The notes beneath the pieces were generated by a model. It made no database searches, was not told where the DNA came from, and was given only the letters and a program-made list of their open reading frames with translations. A stretch of DNA of 64,000 nt from NCBI GenBank assembly GCA_041650615.1, contig JBAZKU010000001.1, positions 185,216-249,215 on the forward strand, in the 5' to 3' direction. The DNA comes from Minisyncoccota bacterium (GTDB lineage: Bacteria; Patescibacteriota; Minisyncoccia; Phycocordibacterales; UBA9973). This document shows, piece after piece, positions 18,776-28,619 of this stretch; position 1 is the first letter of the stretch; every line of letters starts with the position of its first letter. A program made the translations under genes and the position numbers.

Positions 18776-19662
18776 ATAATTTTCTCTAAAATCCTCAATT
18801 TTGCGCTTCTTGATCTAGGATTGTTCTTTTTTTCTTCTTCTTTGGCTATTATTGGTTTTTTATTTATTAAAATTGCTTTATTTTCTTTTTGCTTTTCCTT
18901 ATAAAATTTTTTTACGATCCTATCTTCCAAGCTATGAAAAGAAATTACTGCCATTCTTCCTTCTTTATTCAAAACTTTGAATCCCTTTTCTAATCCAATT
19001 TTCAATGTTTCCAATTCATCATTTACTGCTATCCGTAATGCTTGAAATGTTTTTGTGGCAAAATGCAACCTTCCTCTTTTATATACTGCAGGTACGCTGT
19101 TCTCTATCGCTTTTACCAAATCCCCCGTCGTTTCGATTTTTTGTTTTTTCCTCGCTTCCACTATTCCCTTTGCTATTCTTCTTGAAAATCTTTCTTCTCC
19201 GTAACCGTAAATAATATCTGCTAAACTTTTTTCGCTCCAAACATTTACAATATCTTTTGCCGTCAAATCTTCTGGCTGAGGATTTTCTTTCATGGTCATA
19301 AGCAGTGGCTCACTTTTCATAAAAGAAAATCCTCGTCCGGAATTCTCCAATTGGTCGGAACTCAATCCCAAGTCAAAGATAATTGCGTCTGCTCTCTGTC
19401 CGTCCAGTACTTCATCCAAATTTCTGAAATTAATATTTTTAAAAGATATTCTTTTATCCGAAAAACTCTTAAAAACATTTTGGTCCTGGTCTAAGGCGAT
19501 AATCTTTATGTTCGGATATTTTTTTAAAATTTCCTTACTGTGTCCTCCGCCTCCAAAGGTACAATCCAAAACCAAAGATTTACCTTCTAATTTCAAACCT
19601 TCTATTGTTTCATTTAAAAGAACTGTCTTATGTACACTTTCCATCTTATTTCTTGTTTCCAA
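18772..19662 (-). CDS. rsmH: 16S rRNA m4C1402 methyltransferase
   Basis: H.TVLL.E, DCTFGGGGHS, FHSLEDR and NPRSRSAKLR. Confidence 0.96.
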   Translation of the reverse strand: METRNKMESVHKTVLLNETIEGLKLEGKSLVLDCTFGGGGHSKEILKKYPNIKIIALDQDQNVFKSFSDKRISFKNINFRNLDEVLDGQRADAIIFDLGLSSDQLENSGRGFSFMKSEPLLMTMKENPQPEDLTAKDIVNVWSEKSLADIIYGYGEERFSRRIAKGIVEARKKQKIETTGDLVKAIENSVPAVYKRGRLHFATKTFQALRIAVNDELETLKIGLEKGFKVLNKEGRMAVISFHSLEDRIVKKFYKEKQKENKAILINKKPIIAKEEEKKNNPRSRSAKLRILEKII

Positions 19663-20086
19663 GATTCTCTGCTAATTGATCTGCTTGCTTTTCCACTACT
19701 TCCCTATATTGCAACCATGTTTTATCATTCCAAACTTCCACTCTGTCCTCTACCCCGATAATGGCCGCCGAATTTTTCAGTCCGATTCTTTCTTTCAAAA
19801 AATCAGGAATTAAAATCCTTCCGATAGTATCCACTTCCAATTCTGCCGCTCGGCCAAACATGAATCTGTTGAAACTTCTTTTGTCGGCTTTTAGAAAAGA
19901 AAGATCGGAGTCCGAATCAGAAAGTCGTTTAGAAACTTTTTCCCATTCGGCCGTTGTGAAAATGAACAAACATTGGTCTAGTCCGGGTGTGATAATAATT
20001 TTTTTACCGAGTTCCTTGCGAAATTTTACAGGCAGAGAAACCCGATTTTTTTCGTCTATGGTATGTATGTATTCGCCGATGAGCAT
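19646..20086 (-). CDS. mraZ: Division/cell wall cluster repressor MraZ
   Basis: MLIGEY..IDEKNRVSLP and D..GRILIP; start taken at 20086. Confidence 0.95.
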   Translation of the reverse strand: MLIGEYIHTIDEKNRVSLPVKFRKELGKKIIITPGLDQCLFIFTTAEWEKVSKRLSDSDSDLSFLKADKRSFNRFMFGRAAELEVDTIGRILIPDFLKERIGLKNSAAIIGVEDRVEVWNDKTWLQYREVVEKQADQLAENLGNKK

Positions 20087-20098
20087 AAAATTATTTAT

Positions 20099-20169
20099 CC
20101 ACTCGTTTCCCACCTTTTCCCACTTGATATACATTGTAAACCACTGCTTTCCGTAACGCAAAATCCCAC
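20099..20169 (-). promoter_or_regulatory. Putative MraZ operator (GTGG(G) repeats, 10-bp spacing); perfect DnaA box adjacent at 20171-20179
   Basis: Minus strand GTGGGAAAAGGTGGGAAACGAGTGGAT; TGTGGATAA on plus. Confidence 0.7.
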
Positions 20170-20483
20170 CTGTGGATAACTTAGGTTGACGTTTTTGTAG
20201 AGCTAAGTTATATTACTTGCTTAGTCACCTAATTGTTCTTTTTCAATACTTACTACTTACTTGATGTGTCCCTTGTATACATCAAAGGACGTGGCATTGC
20301 TTTATTATCACGTCAAAAGGATCAATTTCACCCCGCTGTTATTTCTGATTTATTTTCAATATCAGAATGCGGGGTGTTTTTTTATGTTCAAAAGCTTGAC
20401 AAATGGGAATGAATATGCTATACTCTATATGGATTAAAATAATGGTTATTTAAATAAATTACCCACATTTCTGGAGAAATATC

Positions 20484-20639
20484 ATGAAAAACTTTATACT
20501 TTATTTCCTTGGTCTTACCTATTCATCTCAGGATGTTATAGCGAAAACTCCAAAATTATTGGGGGGAAGAATCATCAAGGGAAGAAATTGCACGATGTAT
20601 TGCGGGAAAAACAATATGATCGTAGAGTTTCAAAAATAG
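20484..20639 (+). CDS. 51-aa microprotein (not in ORF track)
   Basis: TTGACA..TATACT promoter at about 20396-20424, SD GGAG, hairpin at 20660-20689. Confidence 0.5.
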   Translation: MKNFILYFLGLTYSSQDVIAKTPKLLGGRIIKGRNCTMYCGKNNMIVEFQK

Positions 20640-20687
20640 CCGGCGCCTAAAGTAGCGCAAAAGCCTTCTGAAATTAGAAGGCTTTTT

Positions 20688-22151
20688 TTATTCCAAATTT
20701 CTGGGACGCATGAGCGGGAAAAATTGAGTTTCGCGAATAGGTTTATCGGCAAGGAAAGCGAAAAGCATTTCACCAAAACCGAAACCGCAAGTCGGTGGCA
20801 TTCCATATTCAAGCATTTCCACAAATTCTTTATCTGGCATCATTGCTTCTTTATCTCCTCTGTCAATCAAAGCTTGTTGTTCTTCAAAACGTTTTCGCTG
20901 ATCAATCGGGTCATTTAGTTCGCTGTATCCATTTCCTACTTCCGTGCCTGCGATAATTATTTGAAATCGTTCCGTTAAATCCGGATTTTTCGGCATTGAT
21001 TTTGAAAGCGGAGAAACAAGCTTCGGGTGCCCGGTCAAAAATACCGGTCCGGAAATTTGCTTTCGGCAATATTTCCAAAGAGTGTCTATCAGACGCTCCA
21101 TTGTATCGCCATCATAAACAATTTTTAATTTTTCCAATTTTTCTTTTACTTCTTCAAAAGTGGTATTCAGCACATCTATGCCCGTTTCTTTTTTAATAAT
21201 TTCTCTGTAATCAATACGTTTCCATTTTTCTCCCAAATCAAATTTATGCCCGCGTGTTTCAAATTTCGTTTTACCAAAAACATCCAGGGCTATTTTTTTA
21301 TAAAGTTCTTCCACCAGTTTCATTCCATCTTCGTAATTCGCATAAGCCCAATAAAATTCCAAATTGGTAAATTCCTGTAAATGATTTGCATCCGAACCTT
21401 CATTTCTGTAAGCTTTGCCGATTTCAAAAGTTTTTGGGAACCCGGCTGCCATCAAACGCTTTTGCCAAAGTTCTCCGACTGAAATACGCAAATATAAAGC
21501 CAATTTGAAATCTTCATTATATGTTTTAAACGGATTAGCTTCGGCGCCACCAGTCGTAATTTCCAAAGCCGGAGTCTCTACTTCTAAAAATCCGTGTTCT
21601 TTCATAAAGACACGCGCAGTATCCCAAAATTTTGTTTTCTTAATAAGAAGCTCTTTAACCTCGGGGTCCATTAAAATATCCAAATATCTTTTTCGAAATC
21701 TTTCTTCCGTGTCTTGCAAGCCGTGCCACTTTTCCGGCAACGGAAGCAAACTTTTGGAAAGCATGGTCCAATCTTTGACTTCTACTGTTTTCTCTCCCCT
21801 TTTGGTAGTAAAGAAACTCCCTGAAACTTCTATAAAATCTCCGATATCAATCACCTCATTGAAAAAATCAAATTTTTCATCTCCAAGAATATCCTTTTTA
21901 AGCAAGCCTTGAAAATGTTCCGTACCGTCATTTAAAGTCACAAAAACAATCGCGCCTTGCCCGCGAATAGACATTATGCGGCCTGCAATCCATTTGATTT
22001 CTTTATTTTTTTCCAGATTTTCAAAATTATCAACGGCGTCTTTAAGGGAGATTTCCCTTTTTGACTCAACAGGATACGGGTTCATCCCTTTATCTTTTAA
22101 GAGTTTAAGTTTTTTTACTCTAGCGTCCCTAATTTCATCAATTGAAGACAT
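20688..22151 (-). CDS. lysS: Lysyl-tRNA synthetase (class II)
   Basis: LPEKWHGL, RFRKRYLD, YSELNDP and YGMPP. Confidence 0.97.
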   Translation of the reverse strand: MSSIDEIRDARVKKLKLLKDKGMNPYPVESKREISLKDAVDNFENLEKNKEIKWIAGRIMSIRGQGAIVFVTLNDGTEHFQGLLKKDILGDEKFDFFNEVIDIGDFIEVSGSFFTTKRGEKTVEVKDWTMLSKSLLPLPEKWHGLQDTEERFRKRYLDILMDPEVKELLIKKTKFWDTARVFMKEHGFLEVETPALEITTGGAEANPFKTYNEDFKLALYLRISVGELWQKRLMAAGFPKTFEIGKAYRNEGSDANHLQEFTNLEFYWAYANYEDGMKLVEELYKKIALDVFGKTKFETRGHKFDLGEKWKRIDYREIIKKETGIDVLNTTFEEVKEKLEKLKIVYDGDTMERLIDTLWKYCRKQISGPVFLTGHPKLVSPLSKSMPKNPDLTERFQIIIAGTEVGNGYSELNDPIDQRKRFEEQQALIDRGDKEAMMPDKEFVEMLEYGMPPTCGFGFGEMLFAFLADKPIRETQFFPLMRPRNLE

Positions 22152-22177
22152 TTTATTTTATCCCGCCGTAGTGGCGA

Positions 22178-22645
22178 TTAAGACACATCTATAATTTTAT
22201 AATTAACTTCTCCATTCGGAGTTTTAAATGAAATACTGTCTCCTTTTTTTCTTCCGAAAAGCGCTTCACCGAACGGAGACCTATTAGAAATTTTCCCTAG
22301 CGCCATATCGGCTTCTTCGGAGCCTACAATTTGATATTTTCTTTCTTTTTTCTCTCCTTCTTTTAAAACAACAACCTTAGATCCTATTTCTATTTCCTCG
22401 CCTCCACCTCCGGACACAACTTGAGAAGATCGCAAGATTTGTTCTATTTTGTGAATACGTCCTTCAAGTTTTCCTTGTTCTTCGCGAGTTTGATGATATT
22501 CCGCATTTTCGGACAAATCTCCCAAGGATTTTGCATACTCCAAATTTTCCAAAATTTCTTTTCTTTTGGGGCCTTTCAATTCTTTTAATTCTTTTTCCAA
22601 AGCTTTCTTTTTTTCTTCCGTTATATAATCGCCTGCCTGTTTCAT
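22178..22645 (-). CDS. greA: Transcription elongation factor GreA
   Basis: GDLSENAEY and IS..SPFG.AL. Confidence 0.96.
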   Translation of the reverse strand: MKQAGDYITEEKKKALEKELKELKGPKRKEILENLEYAKSLGDLSENAEYHQTREEQGKLEGRIHKIEQILRSSQVVSGGGGEEIEIGSKVVVLKEGEKKERKYQIVGSEEADMALGKISNRSPFGEALFGRKKGDSISFKTPNGEVNYKIIDVS

Positions 22646-22681
22646 AATTTAAATCCTAACCCTTTTTTGCAAAAAAGTCTA

Positions 22682-22789
22682 CTGAAAATTATAAAATAAA
22701 TCTTTCTCACGGCTCGCACTCGAACCTGACAATGGTTCACGAATCTAATATTGCGTATGCCGAAGAAAGACTTACTTTATAATTTTCAG
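22682..22789. repeat. Structured repeat family C, intergenic copy
   Basis: Core 22708-22763 is the reverse complement of the leuS insertion core (52/56); unrelated inverted arms. Confidence 0.9.
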
Positions 22790-22832
22790 AAGCAAGCTTG
22801 CCTATACATTATCTATATGATAATCTACCTAA

Positions 22833-23060
22833 ATGGCAAAAACAGTAATTGAAGTAAATAAAAACGGAAATGAAAACAACGCAAGCATATTGCGCCGTTT
22901 TTCCCGCAGAATACAGGAATCAAATATTATTCAAAAAGTGAAAGGTTCTCGTTTTAACAAAAGAAAGGAATCAAAGCTTAAGGTAAAGAAAGGAACTCTT
23001 AAACACTTGGAAAGAAGGAGAGAAATAGAAAAACTCCGCAAGCTTGGCAAGGTAAAATAA
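22833..23060 (+). CDS. rpsU: Ribosomal protein S21-like
   Basis: IEV....E...S.LRRF.R pattern, small and basic. Confidence 0.7.
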   Translation: MAKTVIEVNKNGNENNASILRRFSRRIQESNIIQKVKGSRFNKRKESKLKVKKGTLKHLERRREIEKLRKLGKVK

Positions 23061-23061
23061 A

Positions 23062-23463
23062 ATGGAATTTGAGAAAATAAAGCAGGATATATTGGGTAAA
23101 GAATATTCTTTGTCTGTTGCTTTTGTGAGTGAAAAAAAATCCAGGGAAATAAATAAAAAATATAGAAATATAGACAAGCCTACTAATGTACTTTCTTTTG
23201 CTTTAGATAAAAATGAAGGTGAAATCATCTTGTGCAAAAGCACAATCAGAAAAGAGTTAAAGAAATTCGGTAGAACTTTTGAGCAATTGGTGGGCTATTT
23301 AGTTATCCACGGAATGCTTCATTTGAAAGGAATGGAACATAGTAGTAGAATGGAGAGAGCAGAGAATAAGTATGATCAGAAATATTTCTATAGGAATAGA
23401 CATGGGGTCCACTACGACCAGAGTCGTAATGGGAGAATTTCTAAAAGGAGAAAAAAATCCTAA
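23062..23463 (+). CDS. ybeY: rRNA maturation RNase YbeY
   Basis: PTNVLSF and HGMLHLKGMEH. Confidence 0.93.
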   Translation: MEFEKIKQDILGKEYSLSVAFVSEKKSREINKKYRNIDKPTNVLSFALDKNEGEIILCKSTIRKELKKFGRTFEQLVGYLVIHGMLHLKGMEHSSRMERAENKYDQKYFYRNRHGVHYDQSRNGRISKRRKKS

Positions 23464-24535
23464 AATTATTGGCATCGGAGAAGCTGAAACAAAAGGTGTT
23501 CGGCATGGATACGTTGTTAATATTCTAGAAGCAGCACTTTCGCTTAAAAATGCAATTGCTTCTGCTGAAAATAATTCCGGTATAAAAATCAAACGCGCTT
23601 TCATTGCAATCGGCGGAGTAACTCTGCGTGGAGATATATCAAGTGGCGTAGGAATTATTTCAAAAGCGGACGGCGAGGTGACTAATTTGGATATAAATAA
23701 AGCACTGCAAGATAGCGAAGATAATTTAAATTTAAATAATAAAAAAGTAATAAAGGTACTACCTATTTCTTTCAAGCTTGACGGCAAAGATATACTGGGC
23801 CGACCGGAGGGTATGCGAGGAACGAAACTTGAAATTAAAGCGCTTTTCATAACTTGTTCCCTTTCGCATTTTGAAGATTTGCTGGAAGTCGTAACTTTGG
23901 CCGGAATAGAACCTATAGATATTATCGCTTCTCCTTTAGCAGGAAGCTCTATTGCAATGTCCCCCAAACAAAAAATAGTAGGAGGAGCTTTGGTCAACAT
24001 CGGATCTGAAACAGCATCGCTTTCCGTATACGAGGACGGAATTCTTGTGTCGCTTCATACGTTTTCCATCGGCGGAGCGGATATTACGAATGATATTGCG
24101 CTGGGTTTGAAAGTTTCGCTTGAAAACGCGGAGCGTTTTAAGCTCGGAAATATGGGAGAAGATTTTTCAAAGAAAAAATTGGATGAGATCGTTGAGGCTC
24201 GACTTTTGGATATTTTTGAATCAATAGAAAATCATTTAAAGAAAATAAAAAGAAATGAATTATTGCCGGCAGGTATTGTATTCATCGGAGGCGCCGCCAA
24301 CACTCCCCTGCTTGAAGAATTTTCAAAATCCGCTCTTAAACTTCCTTCAAGGATTGGCGCAACCGAGATTTTCGGCAATATAAAAACCAAACTCCGCGAC
24401 CCTTCCTGGTTTACCGCTCTTGGTCTGATAATGTCTTCCGATGAAAATAATTCTTACTCCTCCGGTTCACTTCAAAATTTTTTCAAAAACCTAAAAAGAA
24501 TAATAAAATCTAACCTTAAACAGCTAATGCCGTAG
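23372..24535 (+). CDS. ftsA: Cell division protein FtsA
   Basis: GIDMGS, GG..IT.DIA and GG motifs; upstream of ftsZ. Confidence 0.93.
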   Translation: MIRNISIGIDMGSTTTRVVMGEFLKGEKNPKIIGIGEAETKGVRHGYVVNILEAALSLKNAIASAENNSGIKIKRAFIAIGGVTLRGDISSGVGIISKADGEVTNLDINKALQDSEDNLNLNNKKVIKVLPISFKLDGKDILGRPEGMRGTKLEIKALFITCSLSHFEDLLEVVTLAGIEPIDIIASPLAGSSIAMSPKQKIVGGALVNIGSETASLSVYEDGILVSLHTFSIGGADITNDIALGLKVSLENAERFKLGNMGEDFSKKKLDEIVEARLLDIFESIENHLKKIKRNELLPAGIVFIGGAANTPLLEEFSKSALKLPSRIGATEIFGNIKTKLRDPSWFTALGLIMSSDENNSYSSGSLQNFFKNLKRIIKSNLKQLMP

Positions 24536-24615
24536 AGTTGCGTACTCTTTATTTTCTGCTATTATAGGGTTTATATAAACCAAATAATTTTATTATTAAA
24601 TAAACATGAAAATAT

Positions 24616-25812
24616 ATGCCTAAATTAAACCCCGAAATAGTAAGTTTTGCCCGTATTATGGTCATCGGAATAGGAGGATCCGGAAAGAATGCGGTCAATC
24701 ATATGATCAACTCTAAAGTTAAAGGCGTGTCTTTTATCTGTATGAATACCGATACGCAGGATCTGCATCATTCTTTGGCTGATAAAAAAATTCATATCGG
24801 GAAAAATCTTACCAAAGGCCTCGGTGCCGGAATGAATCCGGAAATCGGAAAGAAAGCCGCAGAAGAAACAAAATCCGAAATCCAAGATGTGATGAAGGGA
24901 GCCGATATGATTTTCGTCGCTTGCGGAATGGGAGGAGGCACCGGCACAGGCGCAGCTCCTATCGTCGCTCGCGCAGCAAAGGAACAAGGAATACTTACCG
25001 TGGCTGTAGTTACCAAACCTTTCTTCTTTGAAGGCAATCACCGAATGAAAATCGCCGAGAAAGGAATTGAAGATTTGGCCAAGGAGGTGGACGCTATCAT
25101 TATTATTCCAAATGACAAATTAATACAATTAGCCGATAAGAATACGAATTTCAAGGATGCTTTTGCCAGTTGCGACAATGTATTACGTCAAGCAGTAGAA
25201 GGGATTTCCGACCTTATTACCACTCCGGGCATTATAAATGTTGATTTTGCGGACATTAGGGCCATTATGTCAGATGCTGGAAGCGCGCTTATGGGCATAG
25301 GTCTTGCCTCAGGAGACAGCCGGGCTTCAAAAGCAGCGCTTCAGGCCATCAATTCTCCTCTTTTGGAAGTTTCAATCAATGGAGCTAAAGGAGTACTCTT
25401 TGCTATTTCCGGCGGGGATGATATAACCATTCATGAAATACAAGAAGCGGCTAAAATAATTACGGAATCTATAGATAAAGAAGCAAAAGTAATTTTTGGC
25501 ACAATCAGAGATGAAAAATTAAAAAAGGGAGAATTAAAAGTTACCGTGATAGCCTCCAGCTTCACCGGCGACATGCCTCGTAAAAATCTTTTTAGTGGAA
25601 CCAATATTTTGAACCAAACAATATTGAAAGAAGAAAATAAGGCTTCAGCAATAAAAGAAATACATAACACTATCCAAAATTCAAATATGAATAATAATGA
25701 CTCAAATAAAAAAATAGAAAGAAAGCCGGAAGTCAAAGAAGAGATAATCATAGAGGATGATAATGAAGATTGGAGCGCTGTTCCAGCCTTTTTAAGAAGA
25801 AAAAAGAATTAA
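24616..25812 (+). CDS. ftsZ: Cell division protein FtsZ
   Basis: GMGGGTGTG, NVDFAD and C-terminal VPAFLRR. Confidence 0.98.
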   Translation: MPKLNPEIVSFARIMVIGIGGSGKNAVNHMINSKVKGVSFICMNTDTQDLHHSLADKKIHIGKNLTKGLGAGMNPEIGKKAAEETKSEIQDVMKGADMIFVACGMGGGTGTGAAPIVARAAKEQGILTVAVVTKPFFFEGNHRMKIAEKGIEDLAKEVDAIIIIPNDKLIQLADKNTNFKDAFASCDNVLRQAVEGISDLITTPGIINVDFADIRAIMSDAGSALMGIGLASGDSRASKAALQAINSPLLEVSINGAKGVLFAISGGDDITIHEIQEAAKIITESIDKEAKVIFGTIRDEKLKKGELKVTVIASSFTGDMPRKNLFSGTNILNQTILKEENKASAIKEIHNTIQNSNMNNNDSNKKIERKPEVKEEIIIEDDNEDWSAVPAFLRRKKN

Positions 25813-25840
25813 GACTAGACAGGTATGTTATAATGCCTGA

Positions 25841-26791
25841 ATGACTTACGATTTAATAATTATCGGAGGGGGGCCGGCAGGCTCGGCAGCCGCTGTTTAT
25901 GCTTCCCGCAAAAGACTTAAAACTTTATTCATCACTAAAGAATGGGGTGGGCAATCTGTCGTATCCGAACAGATTTTTAATTGGATTGGCACCTCCTCTA
26001 TTTCCGGAGCAGACCTTGCCAAGAATCTCAAAAATCATGTACTGGCAAATGCAGGAGAAAGTTTAGAAGTTAAAGAGGGTCTTGTTGATACAATTTTAAA
26101 AGCCGAAGGTCCTGAGCTTGTCGAAGGAAAAAATGGCTTATTTAAAATTAAAATTGACACCGGAGAAGAATTTCTAACTGAAACAATATTGATAACTACC
26201 GGCAGCGCGCGAAAAAAATTGCAGGCAAAAAATGCGGACAAACTTGAACATAAGGGCCTTACTTACTGCGCTTCCTGCGACGGTCCCCTTTTTGCCGATA
26301 TGGATGTTGTTGTTGTCGGCGGAGGCAATGCGGCTTTTGAAAGCGCTGCTCAACTTCTCGCCTACTGTAAGTCCGTGACTTTATTGCATCACAGTGAAAA
26401 ATTCCGCGCGGATGAAATTACAGTTGAAAAAGTTTTAAAAAATCCAAAAATGAAAGCAGTAAAAAACGTAGATATTTTAGAAATAAAAGGCGATAAATTC
26501 GTGGAAGGAATAATTTATAAGGATAAAATTACCGGCAAAGAAACTGAATTAAAAGTTGCGGGCATTTTTGTTGAAATAGGACAGATTCCGAATACCGGTT
26601 TTGTTAAAGATATTATTCCGTTGGATGAAAGAGGACGCATTAAAATAAATCCGCTAAATCAAAAAACTGAGGTTCCAGGCATCTGGGCCGCCGGAGATTG
26701 TACAAATGTTTTATATCACCAAAACAATATTGCTGCCGGTGACGCCGTCCGCGCCTTGGAAGATATATACGTGACAATTAGCACGAAATAA
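25841..26791 (+). CDS. trxB: Thioredoxin reductase-like FAD oxidoreductase
   Basis: GGGPAG, CASCDG and GGGNAA. Confidence 0.88.
   Translation: MTYDLIIIGGGPAGSAAAVYASRKRLKTLFITKEWGGQSVVSEQIFNWIGTSSISGADLAKNLKNHVLANAGESLEVKEGLVDTILKAEGPELVEGKNGLFKIKIDTGEEFLTETILITTGSARKKLQAKNADKLEHKGLTYCASCDGPLFADMDVVVVGGGNAAFESAAQLLAYCKSVTLLHHSEKFRADEITVEKVLKNPKMKAVKNVDILEIKGDKFVEGIIYKDKITGKETELKVAGIFVEIGQIPNTGFVKDIIPLDERGRIKINPLNQKTEVPGIWAAGDCTNVLYHQNNIAAGDAVRALEDIYVTISTK
26102..26128. repeat. CCTGAGCTTGTCGAAGG-type hairpin in trxB
   Basis: Encodes AEGPELVEG; related to the TGAGCTTGCCGAA hairpin at 14130-14151. Confidence 0.75.
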
Positions 26792-26881
26792 ATTTGACAA
26801 ATTGTCTTTAATTTGTTATATTCACTCCAGCTTAGTTCTTTAAAATAATTATCTTTCAAAGATACATAAATGGAGGAAATA

Positions 26882-27043
26882 ATGAGATATCTTTTGGCTC
26901 TTGTTTTAATTGTTGTAATATTTTTTTTGGTTTATTGCATATTCTTGGAAACTGGAACTATTTTCCAAAAAATTGTTATGATGATAGCTGTAATAATTTC
27001 TGTTTGTGGCCTTCTTCCGCGTCTGCTTTGGAAAACACTATAA
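26882..27043 (+). CDS. 53-aa two-TM microprotein (not in ORF track)
   Basis: TTGACA at 26794, SD GGAGG; MRYLLALVLIVVIFFLVYCIF... Confidence 0.65.
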   Translation: MRYLLALVLIVVIFFLVYCIFLETGTIFQKIVMMIAVIISVCGLLPRLLWKTL

Positions 27044-27055
27044 CAGGAGGACCTA

Positions 27056-27451
27056 TTGAAAAAATTCATTAAGTATTATCTTGGAGGGTCTCCAGGAGCA
27101 TTACTGGGGTATATTATTTTACTTTTTTATGCTCCCAAGGATCCAAAAAATATAGAAGAGATAGTTCTTTTAGTAAAAGTCTCTGCAATAGCTTTTATTA
27201 TAAAAGAAAGTATTAGTTTCATTATATTCAAATGGTGGATTTTTAAAAAACCACTAAATGGAGAAACATTAAAAGAAATATTTTTATATTTCTTTATGAT
27301 GATATTAATATTAGTACCGAATACCCTTTCGTTTTATACTCTCACAATAGGATTGGGTATAAATAGGGTTATATCTCAGATTCTCATAAACTTATGTTTT
27401 GGATATATTGGTTTTTTGGAGACGACAAAAGTTTTCAATGGTAATAAGTAA
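27056..27451 (+). CDS. GtrA-like membrane protein
   Basis: SD AGGAGG, TTG start, FIKY..GG and F...KWWIF; terminator at 27450-27491. Confidence 0.6.
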   Translation: MKKFIKYYLGGSPGALLGYIILLFYAPKDPKNIEEIVLLVKVSAIAFIIKESISFIIFKWWIFKKPLNGETLKEIFLYFFMMILILVPNTLSFYTLTIGLGINRVISQILINLCFGYIGFLETTKVFNGNK

Positions 27452-27596
27452 AAACTCGGCAATGCGTGAAAATGCGTTGTCCGAGTTTTTTTATTTCTCC
27501 CCTTTGTGTTTGACAAAACTCCTTGTTTCTGGTATACTTATGGAAATCAAAAATTCTTAGTTATTTTGTTAACAATAATATCAAAAGGAGAAAGTC

Positions 27597-27998
27597 ATGC
27601 CATTTAATATCCTTATTGTTGAGAATGACTCTTTTATCATGGATCTTGTGATAAAGAGTTTAAAAAATTTGGAAAAATTTGGAGAAGAAATCCATATCAT
27701 ACCAGCATTTACTCTAAGTCAAGGGTTCTATGCATTTAATAATGTTGGCAAAGATATCTTTTGTTCAATATTAGGAGGACAATTAGATCTTTATACAACA
27801 ACATTGCCTTTAGCAAAAGAAATGAATGAAAATGGTTTCCCGGCTACGCGTATTTCTTTTTCTGGAAATCCTGAACTCCAAAGACAACAAATGGAAGCCG
27901 GTTGCGTTAATAAATTTGACAAAGGTGAAATTGAAAAAATGGCAACTTTTATTGAAGAACAAATTTTAATAAAAGAAAAGAAATTGTCAAAGACTTGA
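27597..27998 (+). CDS. Atypical single-domain response-regulator receiver
   Basis: ILIVEND..SFS..AG....K; TTGACA-N17-TATACT at 27510-27538 and SD AAAGGAG. Confidence 0.65.
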   Translation: MPFNILIVENDSFIMDLVIKSLKNLEKFGEEIHIIPAFTLSQGFYAFNNVGKDIFCSILGGQLDLYTTTLPLAKEMNENGFPATRISFSGNPELQRQQMEAGCVNKFDKGEIEKMATFIEEQILIKEKKLSKT

Positions 27999-28132
27999 AT
28001 GAGAGGAATATATGCTGACTTCATTTTTTCTTTTTTATTGGTTAATGTCTTTTTTTCGACGCTACCGAAAAAAATCAAAGGAGTAATTATTAAAAAACCT
28101 CGCGCAATGCACGGGGTTTTTATTTTTGTACT

Positions 28133-28299
28133 TGTGACCCTACCGGGAATCGCGAGTACGCTTTCGGTCACAAATAATTTTCTGCTGAAAATTTTCGCGA
28201 CCCCGCCTCGGATTCGACAATCCTGCGGCTTTCGATTCTCTCCGTAAGGAGATCACTGGCGATCAAAAATAATTAGCAAAAGCTAAATATTTTAGCTCG
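28133..28299 (-). mobile_element. Miniature structured insert bounded by a 20-bp duplication of the tRNA-Glu 3' end
   Basis: TGTGACCCTACCGGGAATCG at 28133-28152 and 28300-28319. Confidence 0.8.
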
Positions 28300-28301
28300 T
28301 G

Positions 28302-28373
28302 TGACCCTACCGGGAATCGAACCCGAATTACCGGCTTGAAAAGCCGATGTCCTAACCGTTAGACGATAGGGCC
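28302..28373 (-). tRNA. tRNA-Glu(TTC)
   Basis: Anticodon arm TCGGC-TTTTCAA-GCCGG; GGTTCGATTCC T-arm. Confidence 0.95.
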
Positions 28374-28410
28374 AAAGAAAACTTATGAAAACAACAAATT
28401 GCAATCTCTT

Positions 28411-28467
28411 TCGGCTTTTCAAAAAGCCGATGTCTGCTATATTCTAACTTGGTTAGACGATAGGGCC
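28411..28467 (-). pseudogene. 5'-half duplicate of tRNA-Glu(TTC) with an altered D-loop
   Basis: GGCCCTATCGTCTAAC-[17 nt]-GACATCGGCTTTT. Confidence 0.8.
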
Positions 28468-28528
28468 ATTGCATCTCATAATATATTATTTTTGAAAAAA
28501 TCGCAAAAAATGTTAGATTACAAGGGAT

Positions 28529-28613
28529 GGAGATGTGGCAGAGTGGTTGAATGCACCGGTTTCGAAAACCGGCATACCGAAAGGTATCGGAGGTTCGAAT
28601 CCTCCCATCTCCG
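28529..28613 (+). tRNA. tRNA-Ser(CGA)
   Basis: Anticodon arm CCGGT-TTCGAAA-ACCGG; long variable arm. Confidence 0.95.
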
Positions 28614-28619
28614 CAGAAA

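Noticed and set aside
20171-20179. Replication origin
   Set aside because: Only one perfect DnaA box and one near match; no cluster or dnaA context.
23372-23463. 92-bp ybeY/ftsA overlap
   Set aside because: Most simply a run-on YbeY tail after its conserved domain; no evidence of special function.
23299-24000. 233-aa antisense ORF and other antisense ORFs in the track
   Set aside because: Shadows of well-conserved genes with no recognisable motifs or start signals.
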